From IMG/VR virus record IMGVR_UViG_3300020576_002947, positions 175,692 to 239,691 of that record: a stretch of 64,000 nucleotides of DNA; one strand, written 5' to 3'. This DNA is from a virus (lineage: Duplodnaviria; Caudoviricetes). Position numbers and translations under genes: made by a program. The first letter of the stretch is position 1; each line of letters opens with the position of its first letter. Below are positions 1 through 12,900 of the stretch, piece after piece. The notes below the pieces were generated by a model. The model was not told the origin of the DNA. It saw only the letters and a program-made list of their open reading frames with translations, and ran no database searches.

Positions 1-1971
1 AATAGAAAGGGTTTAATGGACTACGCAAAGAATCTATTAAACAGGGCCTTAAATGAGAACGACAAAGAAGCAGAGATTAAATTTAAAAGACTAGTCACTG
101 GTGGGTTTATGAGGTCTTATGCAGGACAAAGTTTTGAAAGAAAATTCAATGCAGCTGTTGCATCAGTAGCAGGAGAACTAGCACACCAAACGACACTAAC
201 TGTTCAACCAGGTGGAGGAGTAGGTTTAGGTATAAATCAAAATTCTGATGTATGGAGCAGAGGTTCTATTACTATAACAAACGAGTATGGTGATATTGTT
301 GATGAACGAGACTTAGCTGATGGTATTATTATAGCACAGAAGTGGTTAAACTTAAGAATAGGTAGTAAAAAATCAGGACCACTAAATGCTGCGGCAAGAG
401 CATTCCTCTACGATCCGACCAAACCATCGTCTGTTGCAGATAAAAGAGGTAGTAAAATATCTAGCCAGGCTATTGCTGGCGTAGAAATAAAAGCTACGGT
501 AGCTTACTTTATGCCAGATACTTTTCTTCAAGAACAGGGTGATGATCTTACTAAAAAGATTTTCAAAGGTAACGCAGATGAGTGGTTTGAGCACTTTTAT
601 TTAACACTGGCTGAAGACAAATCAGGTACTTACGAAGATCTATCCAATAAACAGAAGTTTCAGGGACAGGGCGAGCTTTTTCTTACCCCTGCAGGTGCAG
701 CTAAAGTTAAAGCTCAACAAAAACTTAAAGCTGGAAAACTGATTGAGTACGAAGGAATACCACCTATGAAAGATCAGTTAAGTAGAAAAGCCCAAATGTT
801 TTACGGCAAATGGTATTATGTTCTTAGCGAAGAAGAGTTAGTTTCTGACGCTAAACTTGTAAATACTGCTGGCTGGTTAAAAGCTATGCCAATAGGAATT
901 ACAACTCAGTATACCATGAATCCTACTGGTGGCGGTGCAAAGCAAAACATTGATATGATGATAAGTCTTGGTGAGGTTTTTGCTAAATCCACAGGAATTA
1001 ATCAACTACTTATCCACCATGCCAATGAGCTAGGATTAACGTCAGAAGAAGTTAAAACCAAAATGGAAAAACATAGGGCTAACTTCCAAAAAGCTGTTAG
1101 CACTGGTGATGATAAAGCCTTAAAAGGTCATATTACTGCAATGCTTGAGGACTTTGGATTAATGAAAGAAGAGGTAGAAGAAATAGATGAACAAGGGGTA
1201 GTAAGAAAAGCATCAGCTTGGGTTTTTGGCAAGCGTGATGAACGGGGTAATGCTGCGTTAGCGGATACCACAGTAATCTCACTTACAAATGTTGCAGAAC
1301 ACCTAGTAGCAAGAGAAACTTGGGATGAGAACTTGCAACGCTTAGTTATAAAAGGTGCTGAGTCAACCCAAGTTATGAAAGGAGGTTTAATGAGCCAGGA
1401 TGTAATCAATAAAATCTTTGGTGATGGTGCTGTTAAAGCATTTGACCTTTTCTCAGTACTTGGACGTGATGGTGAGGAAGGTTTAATAAAGAGCTTCGCA
1501 AGAGAGCTTAATCCTGGTGTGGTAACACTTACTGATAATATGATTGCACAGGCACGGCAAACACTGCAGGTTGGGTTTGTTGCAGTTGCTCAGCAGGAGT
1601 ACACGGGAGCTGCGGAAAAGGCTACTGAGCACCTAAGATCGCAGCTAGGCCTATTAATGGATGCTAGACTTGAAATTCTTGATGCTATTAGTGGGGGTCA
1701 GATTATACAGGGCTTAGGTAGTATCAAAAAAGAAACTCACCAGCTACAAGCAATAGCCCATAGCATAGGCCTAGCAAGTCAAGCACAAAAACTTGGTACT
1801 ATAGGTAAAGAATTAGAGGGCAAATCTGAAAACATGCTCCACTATCTAATGAAGAGTACTCCTGCTAATGGTAAGCTAGCAATAGCTATGGCCGCCACAG
1901 CAGCAACTGCTACAGCCTTTGCGATGAGAGGAAGAGTACAGGCTAAAAGAGAAGAAGCTCGTACCAGGTAG
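1..1971 (+). CDS. C-terminal part of a large protein with RNA polymerase beta-like (DPBB-B) motifs; candidate virion RNAP, probably 5'-truncated by the window
   Basis: Frame is open from base 1 (aat aga aag ggt tta ATG). Motifs GQGELFLTPAG, AKLVNTAGWLKAM and NIDMMISLGEV align in order with GGQMFMTSEG, PKILSPIGLKNM and PDFLLSLKEI of ORF 35845-38247. Confidence 0.5.
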   Translation, partial: NRKGLMDYAKNLLNRALNENDKEAEIKFKRLVTGGFMRSYAGQSFERKFNAAVASVAGELAHQTTLTVQPGGGVGLGINQNSDVWSRGSITITNEYGDIVDERDLADGIIIAQKWLNLRIGSKKSGPLNAAARAFLYDPTKPSSVADKRGSKISSQAIAGVEIKATVAYFMPDTFLQEQGDDLTKKIFKGNADEWFEHFYLTLAEDKSGTYEDLSNKQKFQGQGELFLTPAGAAKVKAQQKLKAGKLIEYEGIPPMKDQLSRKAQMFYGKWYYVLSEEELVSDAKLVNTAGWLKAMPIGITTQYTMNPTGGGAKQNIDMMISLGEVFAKSTGINQLLIHHANELGLTSEEVKTKMEKHRANFQKAVSTGDDKALKGHITAMLEDFGLMKEEVEEIDEQGVVRKASAWVFGKRDERGNAALADTTVISLTNVAEHLVARETWDENLQRLVIKGAESTQVMKGGLMSQDVINKIFGDGAVKAFDLFSVLGRDGEEGLIKSFARELNPGVVTLTDNMIAQARQTLQVGFVAVAQQEYTGAAEKATEHLRSQLGLLMDARLEILDAISGGQIIQGLGSIKKETHQLQAIAHSIGLASQAQKLGTIGKELEGKSENMLHYLMKSTPANGKLAIAMAATAATATAFAMRGRVQAKREEARTR

Positions 1972-1981
1972 TACGAGCTTC
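1954..1981. terminator. Hairpin between convergent genes, likely bidirectional terminator
   Basis: Perfect 11-bp inverted repeat gaagctcgtac-caggta-gtacgagcttc over the stop codon where + and - genes converge. Confidence 0.6.
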
Positions 1982-1987
1982 ATTACT

Positions 1988-2422
1988 TTAAATATTAAGT
2001 CCTAATCCCCACTTGAGATTAAACTTCCTAGCAGCTTCTCGGCTAGCCTTCCACGGATCTTTATACTTCCCACTCCAGATATCCTTTGGAAACTGGAATT
2101 TACCAATAGATTCAGCATTTGCAAGATAATTCTTTAGTACTTCTGAGTATTCAGAGATTAGTAAAGTTAGACTTAGAACCAAAGCCTTTGCCTGCTCAAC
2201 TTCGCCTTTTGCGATGAGATCTGATAGTCTTAGTGCTGTTTCTAAGATCTTGTTTAAAATTGCTTTATGGAAAGCTTCAATTTTTTCTAGATCTTGGTTA
2301 AATCTCTTAGACAATTGATTAGCTGAGAACCCGCTTAAAAGCTCAGCCGCTTTAGAAAACTCCTTTTGAACTACTAGAGCATCTATTTTTGAAAAAAGAT
2401 CGTTCATTTTAATACCTGCCAA
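1988..2422 (-). CDS. hypothetical protein
   Basis: 144-aa ORF in a tightly packed minus-strand operon. Confidence 0.7.
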   Translation of the reverse strand: MAGIKMNDLFSKIDALVVQKEFSKAAELLSGFSANQLSKRFNQDLEKIEAFHKAILNKILETALRLSDLIAKGEVEQAKALVLSLTLLISEYSEVLKNYLANAESIGKFQFPKDIWSGKYKDPWKASREAARKFNLKWGLGLNI

Positions 2423-2429
2423 TAAACCC

Positions 2430-2972
2430 CTAGAGGTTTTTTATTGTATAACGTTCTTTCATTAAATTTAATATAGTATCTATTGTATTTGGTCCCACTT
2501 CTACCTCAATAAATGGAATGTTAAATTTAATTAAAATCGTTCTAATTTCGCTATCAAGTTCGATAGCCTCAGCTTCAGACTGAGTTCTACCATACTCTAA
2601 ATAAGGATGCTCTTTTAGATTCCTAACCAGAAGAATATTGAAATTATCAAACTCATTAAAGAGTTCAACCATAAGAGTCTCAAAAGCATCCCTTTGCTTA
2701 TCATGCTGGTACATGATACCAGTTATAATAGGAGAGTCACTAACTATTACATCGAGCTGGTCCTTTTTAATATAAACATCCTTCCATTGAGTCATGCTTA
2801 TCCAAGGTTGGCACTCATTAAGCTCCTTAAATCTATGCTCCCATGTTAGCTGCTTTGCAAACTCAGGAACTAGTTCACTAAGGACCTTTCTCTCCTTTAA
2901 ATGTGTTGATAAGGCTAAACCGTAAGTTGACTTACCAATACCAGGACCACCAAAAAAATTTACTACTACCAT
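2430..2972 (-). CDS. P-loop nucleotide kinase/ATPase (AAA_28/NadR-like)
   Basis: N-terminal VVNFFGGPGIGKST Walker A, ELVPEFAK, IVSDSP motifs. Confidence 0.8.
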   Translation of the reverse strand: MVVVNFFGGPGIGKSTYGLALSTHLKERKVLSELVPEFAKQLTWEHRFKELNECQPWISMTQWKDVYIKKDQLDVIVSDSPIITGIMYQHDKQRDAFETLMVELFNEFDNFNILLVRNLKEHPYLEYGRTQSEAEAIELDSEIRTILIKFNIPFIEVEVGPNTIDTILNLMKERYTIKNL

Positions 2973-2984
2973 ATAATTAATATA

Positions 2985-3284
2985 CTATACTGGAGGCTCT
3001 TCAACAGGCTCTTCTGGGACCGTAGACTGCCCAACAATAGCCATAAATTGACTAACTGAAGCCTCGCCTGCGGCAGCAGCTTGACTTCTAATCATGCTAG
3101 TAGCAACTTCACTACCCTGCTTTACAAAGAACTCTACAGCAGCTTCCATAGGATTCTGACCTTGGTAGTTTAGGTATTGGATGACGTAATAAAGGATGGC
3201 ATCTGAGATAGGTGCGGCAAGAGTAATAGTATGAGACTGCTCATTTCTATTGTCTTTGATTGTGATTTCAACTGTATCGTTCAT
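2985..3284 (-). CDS. hypothetical protein, possibly tail-fibre associated
   Basis: 99-aa ORF downstream of the tail-fibre gene. Confidence 0.6.
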   Translation of the reverse strand: MNDTVEITIKDNRNEQSHTITLAAPISDAILYYVIQYLNYQGQNPMEAAVEFFVKQGSEVATSMIRSQAAAAGEASVSQFMAIVGQSTVPEEPVEEPPV

Positions 3285-3448
3285 TATTGTGGTACCGTAA
3301 TTGTGTTTTGAATTGACTCATGTAGTTGTTGCGGATCAAGTAGAAGACCTGTTGATTTTAAGTAGAGTATTCCAATGAGAATGCTTGCGGATATTAGCCA
3401 TAATAACCATCCAAGACTTTTCTGAGGCTTGTAGTCTGGATCATACAC
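3284..3448 (-). CDS. small membrane protein (54 aa, not in ORF track)
   Basis: GTG start, MYDPDYKPQKSLGWLLWLISASILIGILYLKSTG...; fills the gap exactly and overlaps the next start (TAATG). Confidence 0.6.
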   Translation of the reverse strand: MYDPDYKPQKSLGWLLWLISASILIGILYLKSTGLLLDPQQLHESIQNTITVPQ

Positions 3449-3952
3449 TTAGGTCACCTGTACTCCTCTTCTTCTGGGAGTTTCTCCCCCTCCACCACCC
3501 CAATCCTCTGTTAGGAGGACATCAGAGTCGTCTAGAAGTCTAAATTCAGCCATCTTAGCCTTCTGCTCTATACACCCAAAGATCGAAGCTCTCATTGAGA
3601 ATCTCCAATACTGAGCAGCAATCCCTGGTGTTGGATTTTTAGTTTCTCCCGTATATGTACAACCTAAAGGAGAAGGAGCCATACCCATTGAGATAGAAGT
3701 CCAAGAGCTTCCGTCACTAGAGTACTCCAAGACCCTTGTTACGGGCTCATTAAACTCAATATAAGTAGATACTGTGGCTACTGTTGGTGGTGAGGACCCA
3801 AGATTCCATATCGCACAGATCTCAGCGTTGTGAATCTCATCACTTTTGATGACTTCATGGTAAGTAGCATTACTACTGTCGGTTAAGACGGTACTATCTA
3901 CTAGTGTTCCATTATCTACAGCTAACTGGTAGCCTTCAGCCCATTTTGGCAT
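3449..3952 (-). CDS. tail-associated beta-sandwich (discoidin/F5-8-like) protein
   Basis: VLEYSSDGSSWT and AQYWRFSM...MAEFRL motifs; coupled to tail-fibre stop. Confidence 0.55.
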   Translation of the reverse strand: MPKWAEGYQLAVDNGTLVDSTVLTDSSNATYHEVIKSDEIHNAEICAIWNLGSSPPTVATVSTYIEFNEPVTRVLEYSSDGSSWTSISMGMAPSPLGCTYTGETKNPTPGIAAQYWRFSMRASIFGCIEQKAKMAEFRLLDDSDVLLTEDWGGGGGETPRRRGVQVT

Positions 3953-6900
3953 TACTGTTCTTCAATCTCCAGGTAAACGGTGAACTTAGCATGTGTAGCA
4001 TCAAGTGCGGTGAAATTAACTCTCAGCCATGCATCCGATGCTAATGTTGTTGTTGAGAAGGTTGTGGTGCTTGCTTCGTAAGTTGAGCCACCAGATAAGC
4101 TAACATCACCACCAGTATGAATGTTGGTAGCAGAGAAAGCACCAGTTCCATTATAGTACTCACAACGTACTGTCGTAGTTCCAGCAGAAGCCGTATTAAC
4201 TCTTACTCGGAGTTTCTTAGGTGTCCAGTTAGTTCCAGCATCAGCAAGCCTTGGAATAGGAATTTGAACGTCGTCTGCACCTGAAGCAGTAGGGGTATAG
4301 GCTGAGAAGAAGACAAGAGTTCTACGTTCTTTCTTAGCACTAATCTGCCCCTGTAGTTTTCCAATACCCTGTAATACTGTATCACCAGCAACTACTACTG
4401 AGTTGGATGAAGAGAGACCAGTTAATGTACAAGCTCGTACAGTTGCGTCGAAGTCACTAATCTTACTGGCTGTTAGTGTTGGAATATCTCCAGCAACCAA
4501 AGCTCTAAATGCAGGAACTGCTGAAGCTCCTGAAACAGGACCAGCAAAGACCAGTGAGCTAGCTTGATTAGCCCAAGCTGCTGTAAGAGTTCCAGATGAG
4601 GTAACGGGAGAACCTGTTACTGAGAACTGTGCAGGAAGCGAAAGAGCAACTGATGTAACAGTTCCTGTGCCTGCGGGAGTCTGCCAAGTACCATCACCTC
4701 TTAGGAACTGGGCACTTGTACCTACTGTTAAGGCACTAAGGTTTCCTGTAGCATCAGCCAGAACAACCTTATTACCCGTACCAGTAAAACCAGTTACGTT
4801 GATTGTTCCGGTAGAGAGAATTCTCATTCTCTCAGTAAGGGTTCCTCCTGTTGCTGTATAGAATACTAGACTTGCAGCGTCTTCGTTTGTTCCAATCTGA
4901 AGTGCCTCGATTTTTGCATTTTCCTTAGGTGCAGTTGAACCAGCCCACCATGAGATTTTTCCAATCGTGCCACCGTCAGCAATAGCATTGGAGTCAGTAA
5001 ACATCTCAAGGATAGGATAGACGGACGCTGTGTTTCGAATTTGCAGTCCGTTGTAACCAGAACCTGACAGAATAGTGTTGAGGTTGAATGTGAACGATGA
5101 CCCGCCAATGATGGTGTTCATCAGCCTGGTGTTTCCAGCATTAACCCACAAACTCCAAGGATTCGTCAGTGTGACATTTGTTCCAGCAACTGGAGGACCG
5201 CTTATGTAGGTGTTTACAGCATTTGTGTAGGTGACTGCTGAGTTAGTAGCAGCCAAAACTCCACCGCCAAATGAGTTGATGGTGTTCAGGGCAACAGTTG
5301 TGCTAGATGCGGTGCTAGTATCTGTAAAGATTGCACTGCCAAACCTAGCATTGATGCCATTTGAACCCCACGCCGTGCCAGAGTTGTTCCTAGCAACAAG
5401 AAAATTGACTGGCACGGCTGATGTTCCAATCATGACGGGATTCTGGAAAAAGTTTCTCGCCCCAATACCAACTGCGTAACCCTCATAAACGCCCCAGACG
5501 TTCGTCGGGTAGGATGCTGTACCCGTTCCGACAATCTGCAATCCATACGAGTTGGAAATTGTGAAAGTTGCTGGATTAGTAAAATCAGTTAGTACTCTGA
5601 CTCCATATGAGTTAGTTACAGTACCAGAACCAGTTGCGGCACTAGAAGCACCATGAATAAAGTATCCAGAGTAGATGTTGGAGAATATTCCAGCATGGGT
5701 AGATGTAACTATCTTACAGTCAGAGTATACCCCAGCTATTACACCAGATATAGTCTTACCGGAGGCTACAGAACTATTAGAAAGGCTAAACCATCCACCA
5801 TACTGGTTAGTAGCTGAAGTATCATTATAAGTGCTATTTACGTAGCTAAGGAAGCCATAATGTGTTCGTGCTGTAGTTGTGTTGTGAGTTGGAGTGGCAG
5901 AGAACTGACCACCAGCAACAGCTACATCAGTTCCAGAGTTACCAACAGTTAGTTTTGAGGTAGCTGAGGTGCTTCCGAGCCCAACAAAACCAGCATTATT
6001 AACCGTAAAGATACTCGTTGTATCACTATTAGTTATCCTAAGAGCATCTGTGGAACTAGTATTCCCATTTCCCTGTATCTGTACCCTATGACTTCCGCTA
6101 GGCACAAGACCAAAGCCAGTCATTCCAGCACCATCGGTATATACTGCGTTAGCATTTGCATCTGTAGCTACATTAAATGCAATTGTATTAGTAGTTGTAC
6201 CAGTGGTTGATACTTGAAGACCGTGCCTATTACTAGTACCTCCTGAGTGTCTAATAATAGCAGCGTAGTTTGCGTCACCTGCTGTCCTGGTAGCTGTAAA
6301 CTGTCCTATTGCAGCTACTACACCATCGTTTCTACAGGTAAAGTAAGCAGCTCCTGAATCAGGCCACACTCTTAACCCAAAACCACCTGAAGTAGCATCC
6401 GTACCAGTAATTGTTAGTCTAACACCAGAGGATAATGCCCCTCCAAAGCCAGCCTCAGTACCATTAAATTGGAAGTTTGCATTCGTACTTAGACCACTAG
6501 AAGTACTGTTATAAACAAAGCAACCATCGAGTAAGCTCGAAAGATTTAACCCTGTGATAGTTGGGGTGTTTGGAAGTGAGAACGTTAGTCCTGTGGCGTC
6601 TTCGGTAATGGTGATTTGATCAGTAGTACCAAAGAAGTTCTTTTTGGTAAAAGTGTCAGTTCCTGTCTGAAATACAGCACCGCTTGCAGTGTCTAGACCT
6701 GCCAATGCGGTTAGTGTGGAGTCTAAGCCTTGTGCATCACTAATACCGTATCCTGCTAGAGTAGTTGGAACACCAGAAGTAATATCTCCCCATGCGTGTA
6801 CATGCGAGCTAGGGGTAAATGAGGTTGGAACACTTGTTAGAGTAGACCACGGTACATCAGTAATTCCATACCCAGCAAGAGTTGTAGGAACACCCGACGT

Positions 6901-9900
6901 AATGTCAGACCAAGCATGGACGTGTCCAGTGGCAGAAATGCCTGCTTCTGCCAAAGTATTGTTGATCCAAGCAGTACCATTCCACTTGAGGATTTCGCCC
7001 GATGAGTTTGAAGTGATCGTAACGTTGGAGTGAGAATCCAACGTATGAGCAGCGGGGGTAAAAGATGAAGGAACTGAGGTAAGCTGTGACCACGCAATAC
7101 TCAAAGCCGCCTGATGCTGCGTGACGTTCGATTGAGCAATTCTTGCGTCAGCAAATGTGCCAGTTGTGATTTTAGCTGTGTCAAGGTTCGGAACGTCTCC
7201 TGAGCTGATGGTGCTGAGGACGATATTGGTTCCGTCGCCTCTTAGGAAGCTTCCTGATGTTGCTAGCCCGTTAACTCTGAATCCAGAAACTGCGTCAACA
7301 GCAGCTCTGAATGTCATGTTTTTGTCAAAATCCCAATAAAAGTCGTCTCTTGCTCCTGCGGGATATCCTCCATACCAATCCATTCGGTAAATGTCAAGAT
7401 TGTTGGAGGGATAGGTGCCGTTCCAGGTTGGAATGAAAGTGACCCTTACATATTTGTAGTGGACCCCTGGTGTTGGACTATAACGCCAAGGAATTGTCGC
7501 GTGGCTAACGAAGAAGTGCCCTGGCCAAGTGCTTGCCGTGTTGGTGGGTCCAGCATGTGTTACCCAAGTCACATTGTCTTCTGATTTTTCAATCAGAACC
7601 GCAGCAGAATGTCCATTCGTTGATGTGTACGCATAAAATGCATTGATATACACGTAGTTGCTTTTATAGTCGCCAGCACTTTTGCTCCACGTGAACCTGA
7701 TGCCGTACTTGCCATTCGCCAATGTGATGGCGCTTCCTGTGCCGCGACCAATGACGTTGTTTTTCATAGCAGCCCCTGATGGAGAGGTTGCATGGGCGGT
7801 CCACACTGATCCATCAGTGCTTTCTTCGATAGACATTGGGAGATGGAATTTAAGCTTGTTATCAAACTGACCGTCAACGACAGCCGCTTCTAACGCCGAA
7901 GGAGAACCTAAGTTGCCCCTCAGCAAGCTGTTGTTTACTGGAGGAATGCTCTGAGCCAAAGGCACTACGCCTGAGGTCAAGTTCGATGCGTTCAGGGCCG
8001 TGAGTGATGTGCCAATTCCTGCGAATGAGTTGGCGGTCATCGCGCCAGAAATGGTTACTGCTGATGGAAGACTAATTGTTGGGTTGCCAGAAACACCATC
8101 GCCATTCGTGATAGTGATCTGGTTGGTGGTGCCTGTTAAAGTCCTCTTGGTAAACGTATCAGTTCCAGTTTGTACAACAAGTCCTGCTGTGGTGTTCAAT
8201 CCAGCCAAAGCTGTAAGAGTTGCATCAAGACCTTGTGCGTCAGTTATTCCGTACCCTGCTAAGGTTGTGGGAGTTCCTGTAGTGATATCAGACCATGCGT
8301 GAGTATGACCAACAGCACTAATTCCTGCTTCAGCCAACGTATTATTGATCCAAGCACTTCCATTCCACTTCAGAAGCTCTCCTGAGGAGTTGGAGGTGAT
8401 GGTTACGTTAGAATGACTGTCAAGAGTATGAGCCGAAGGTGTAAAATCAGCAGGAACGCTAGTAAGATCGCCCCAAGGAACACCAGTCTGCCAAGTTTTA
8501 TCTCCTTTCCAATACTGCCCTGAAGTCCCAGCAGTGATAGTGCTTTCTTTATTGTCGAGCTGTCCTTGTGCTTTACCAAAGGCAGTTAGCACTGAATCAG
8601 CAGCAGTAATAGCTGTATTGGAGGAAGCAAAACCAGTTAGTGTAGTAGCTCGTACCCGTGCGTCTGTAAAATAAAGGTTTCCACTTTCTGTTACCTGAGC
8701 AGTGGTGTAATCTCCAGAAGAAGCTACAACTGTACCAGTTCTTCCAAAAACAGAAGAAACACCAGAGATCATCGAGGAAATATTGCCAGAAAGCTTTTGG
8801 ATAGCAGATAAGATGCTATCTGCGCTGCTTACTGTGCCACTAGCTGCTGAATAACCTGTTAGGGTTGCTGCAATAGCCCTAGCGTTAGTGAAGTAGAGAT
8901 TAGTATTCTCTGGAACAGCTAGGGTATCAAGAGTCTGATTAGTTCCATCTCCTCTTACGTACTGTGCAGAAGTTCCTAGTGTGAGAGCAGAAAGATCACC
9001 AGTAGCAGAAACCTGTACGAATCTACTTCCAGTTCCAGACAATCCAGTAACATTTACTGTCCCTGTGCTGCCAATTCTTAGCCTTTCGGATAGTGTTCCA
9101 CCAGTTGCAGTTCTGAAGATAATATCAGAAGCATTTTCAGTAATCCCTGCTGCAAGGAACTCAATTCTACCCATCTCAACAGGAGCGCCATAACCACCCC
9201 AAGCACTAATCTTACCAACTACACCACCATCTGGGATAGCTGTTGTAGCCCTCCAGAATTCAAAGGTAGGTTCAATTGCTGTACCTCCTCTAATCTGAAC
9301 TCCAGTAGCTCCGCTTCCTGCTAGAACATTAGTATTGGGGGTAGTGGCGTCAAAAACACTACTTGTTCCAACAAATAAATCACCACCAAATCTAGACTGC
9401 CCTGTGTAGGCATTGAATGTCCAAGGGTTTGTTATGGTTACGTTTGTACCAGAAGTAGGAGGTCCTGCGATATACAGGTTGTAAGCATGAGTGTAAGTTA
9501 CTCCAGTTGCTGTAGACGCTAGTGTTGGAGTAGCGAAACTATTTGCTGCATTATGTGTTACTGTTGCACCAGCTACGGTGCTAGTGTCAGTCAGAGTACC
9601 ATTTTGTACTCTGAACAGCATTCCATTAACACTCCAAGCAGCTCCAGACATGGATTTGGAGATAACAAGTGCTGCTGATCGTGTTGTGGTTCCAATCTGA
9701 ACTGGAGATGCGAAATAATTGGCAGCATTTGCTGCTGTACCATATGCCTCGTATACACCCCAAAGGTTTGTTGGATAGCTCGTAGATCCATTGGCTACAA
9801 TATGCAAACCGTAAGAGTTAGCTATTCCCAAACTAGTAGGAGCTGCAAAGTCAGTAAGTACTCTTACTCCATAAGAAGAGGTGATCGCACCGCTACCAGT

Positions 9901-12900
9901 AGCTGTAGATGTAGCACCATGAACAAAGTACCCACCCATCTGACTTGTTACAGTTCCAGCGTGTGAAGCAGAGGAGATTCTTGCATCACCTGCTACACCT
10001 ATGACAGAGCCAGAGTTAGTGAATCCTGAAGTAGTATAGGTATCTGGTAGGGCAAAATACCCACCATATATCGAAAGTGTTGAGTTAGATGCTGTTACAA
10101 TAGCAGCATTACCCAGAACCCCATAAAAGGTTCGGGTGGTTCCATCTGAGTTTGTGGAAGTAGACGTAAAACTACCACCACCTACATAAGCATTATTAGC
10201 CGTATGCTGTACTATAAGCTTAGCAGTTGTAGAAGGTGTCGTACCAAAACTAGCGTATCCAGCATCATTAACAGTAAATAGTTGCGTAGTGGCTGAGTTA
10301 ACTAAGTGTAGGGCGTTTGTGCTACTTGTACTTCCTAATCCAGAAATTAAAAGTCTTGTGTTGTTTTGGAGTGAACCAAATCCAGCAGAGCCATCATCCC
10401 TAACCTGAAGTAATTGAGTACCAGCACTATTTTCTACTCTAAATGCTTGTGTTGAGCTAGTACTACCTGAGCCCTTGACCAGGAATCTATAACTAGCTAC
10501 ATCTGTGGAGCCAATTGAGAAGAATCCGTTGATCCCAACTCTAAAGAGTTCAGAACTACCTGACTTCAATACAAAGGGGACTCCACCTGAAGAGTAAGAA
10601 TGTGCTAATCCCCAAACAGCATTAGTCTGGTCCACAAATAAACCCCCTCTCCTGTTATTAGTGCCATCATTAACAGCAGCACCTACAGCAGCAACTCCTG
10701 TAGTTTGCACATTGTAGATTTGAGGTGTTACGGTGCCACTAGCACCATCAGGAATAGCTCCAGTATAGGTTAAATCACCAACTCGGATGTTATATGGAGC
10801 ATGAACTGCACCATCGTTTCTTACAGTGAATAGTCCTGAGCCAGCAGAGCTATAGACCTCAATGGAGTTCGTTGAAGACGTAGCACCTAATCCATGAATA
10901 CCTAGCTTCTTAGCTACTAGTAGTCCAGGTGTAGAGGTTGGGGTGAAGAAAGTGCTATAGCCAACGTTTAGATCGTGTGCATATTCTACTGTAGGAGCTT
11001 CATCAAGCCCTATCATCTCACAACGAGCTACATCCCATTGAATAGCAGCATTGGTACCTGCTAGGTAGAAGTATCCAGTCTGAGCAAAAGATCCTCCAAC
11101 ACCGATTTGTTGGAGTATGAGGTATTCCTGCCAAGCACCAGTACCTATTGCTGAAGATAGCCATACGTTGGTAGAACCAGTTCCAATTGCGTTAGTTGCA
11201 AAAGAAAGGGTGTAGCCTGATGGAATCTTAGCCCAAACTCGGTATAAGATCCTCTGTCCTTCTAGGTATCCCCTACTACCTGAATTTGGAAGTGCTTTGC
11301 CTAAACCTACATAGAAACCACCACAACCTGGGTTACAAGTAGTTCCATCGTAGTTGATTCTTAGAATATTACCAGAATGGTTTGGTGCAGTGGAATCTGC
11401 TGAGACTGAGTGTGTTACACTACCATTAACCAGGTTGTTATAAACAGTATATCCTGTGGCACCGTGTAACATGTCAGTGTTACGGTTGATTACCCTACCA
11501 CGAACATCTGTAATTGGAGAAGTTGATCTTAGTCCAAACGAGGCAGAAGGGTAAATAGAGTATGGCCTATAACCAGTTACTTGAGTAAAGGAGGGGGAGG
11601 ATGTTGTCCCGATATCCTGTACTGTACCGATAACAGTGTTTCCACTGACTCCATTACCATACGTTATTGTTGTTTGGTTAGCAGTTGCAGTTAAAGTACG
11701 TCTAGCAAAAGAACTAGCTCCAGTTTGTACTAGATAACCAGTCGTACTATCCAAAGCTCCAAGTGCATTTAGATAGGCGTTAGTAAGCGTTGTGTTTAGT
11801 GTTATGTTGGAAGATCCATCAACTGATGCACTTCCTGATACAGAACCACTTAGTTGAAGTGTTCTTGCTGTCTGCCAGGCATTTGCTGTTGAGGCATTTC
11901 CTTGAAGATCAGCTACAAGAGTAGCAGTTGTGTAGCCACTTCCTCCAATATTAACTGTTGCAGATGGTTCTACTGTTAGGCCAGTGAATAATCGGTATAG
12001 ATTGGAGCCCGCATCTCGGAATAATCCGCTAAACTTATCGGTTCCGTCGTTGTACTTGCCATAGAATCCAATATCAACTACATCAGCAGCATTATCAGAC
12101 GCTAGTTTAATTAATGGGTCTGAGACTGAGATGCTTGAAGCACTAATGCTGGTCAAAGCACCTGTGATAGTGACGTTACCAGCGATATTAACGTCAGCAT
12201 TGATGTCGAAGGAGCTTGAGGTCTTTGTAAGGGCATCGTAGTAGCTGATGCTGTTTGTTGAGTCCCAAAAAGCTAGTTTATTGAGTACACCAGTACCAGA
12301 AACACCACCCAAACCTGTTACAGAGATCGCTTGTGTGCTTGCACTAGTGAGTCTACCCTTGCTGTCTACTGTGAAGGTAGGAATTAATGAGCTGCTACCA
12401 TAAGAGCCAGAGCTAACAGTAGTGTCTGATAGGCTAAAGTTCCATGATCTATTAGCTGTTAGATCAAGAGCACTGGTATTGCTGATTGTTATATCAGGAG
12501 ATCCAGATAGTTGGAGAGTACGGGAACTTATAACTCCGTCTGTTATTCCATAACCAGCTAAGGTAGTAGGTACACTAGTTAACTGTCCCCAACCAATACT
12601 AAGTAAAGACTGGTGCTGGGTAACACTACCAGAGGAGATTCTTGCGTTAGCAAAGGTTCCAGTAGTTATCTTTGAAGCATCTAAGTCAGGTACGTCACCA
12701 GAACCAATTGTACTAAGGACAATATTAGTACCGTTGCCTCTTAGGAAGCTTCCAGAGGTAGCAACTCCTCCCAGTCTAAAGCCACTAGCTGCATTTACAT
12801 AGACTGAGTTAACTATCCCACTATTAGTAACTTGGAATGAGTCAGTTCTACCATTACTAGCTGATGCAATCAGAGGATAGTCAGCAGCATCTAGATTAAG

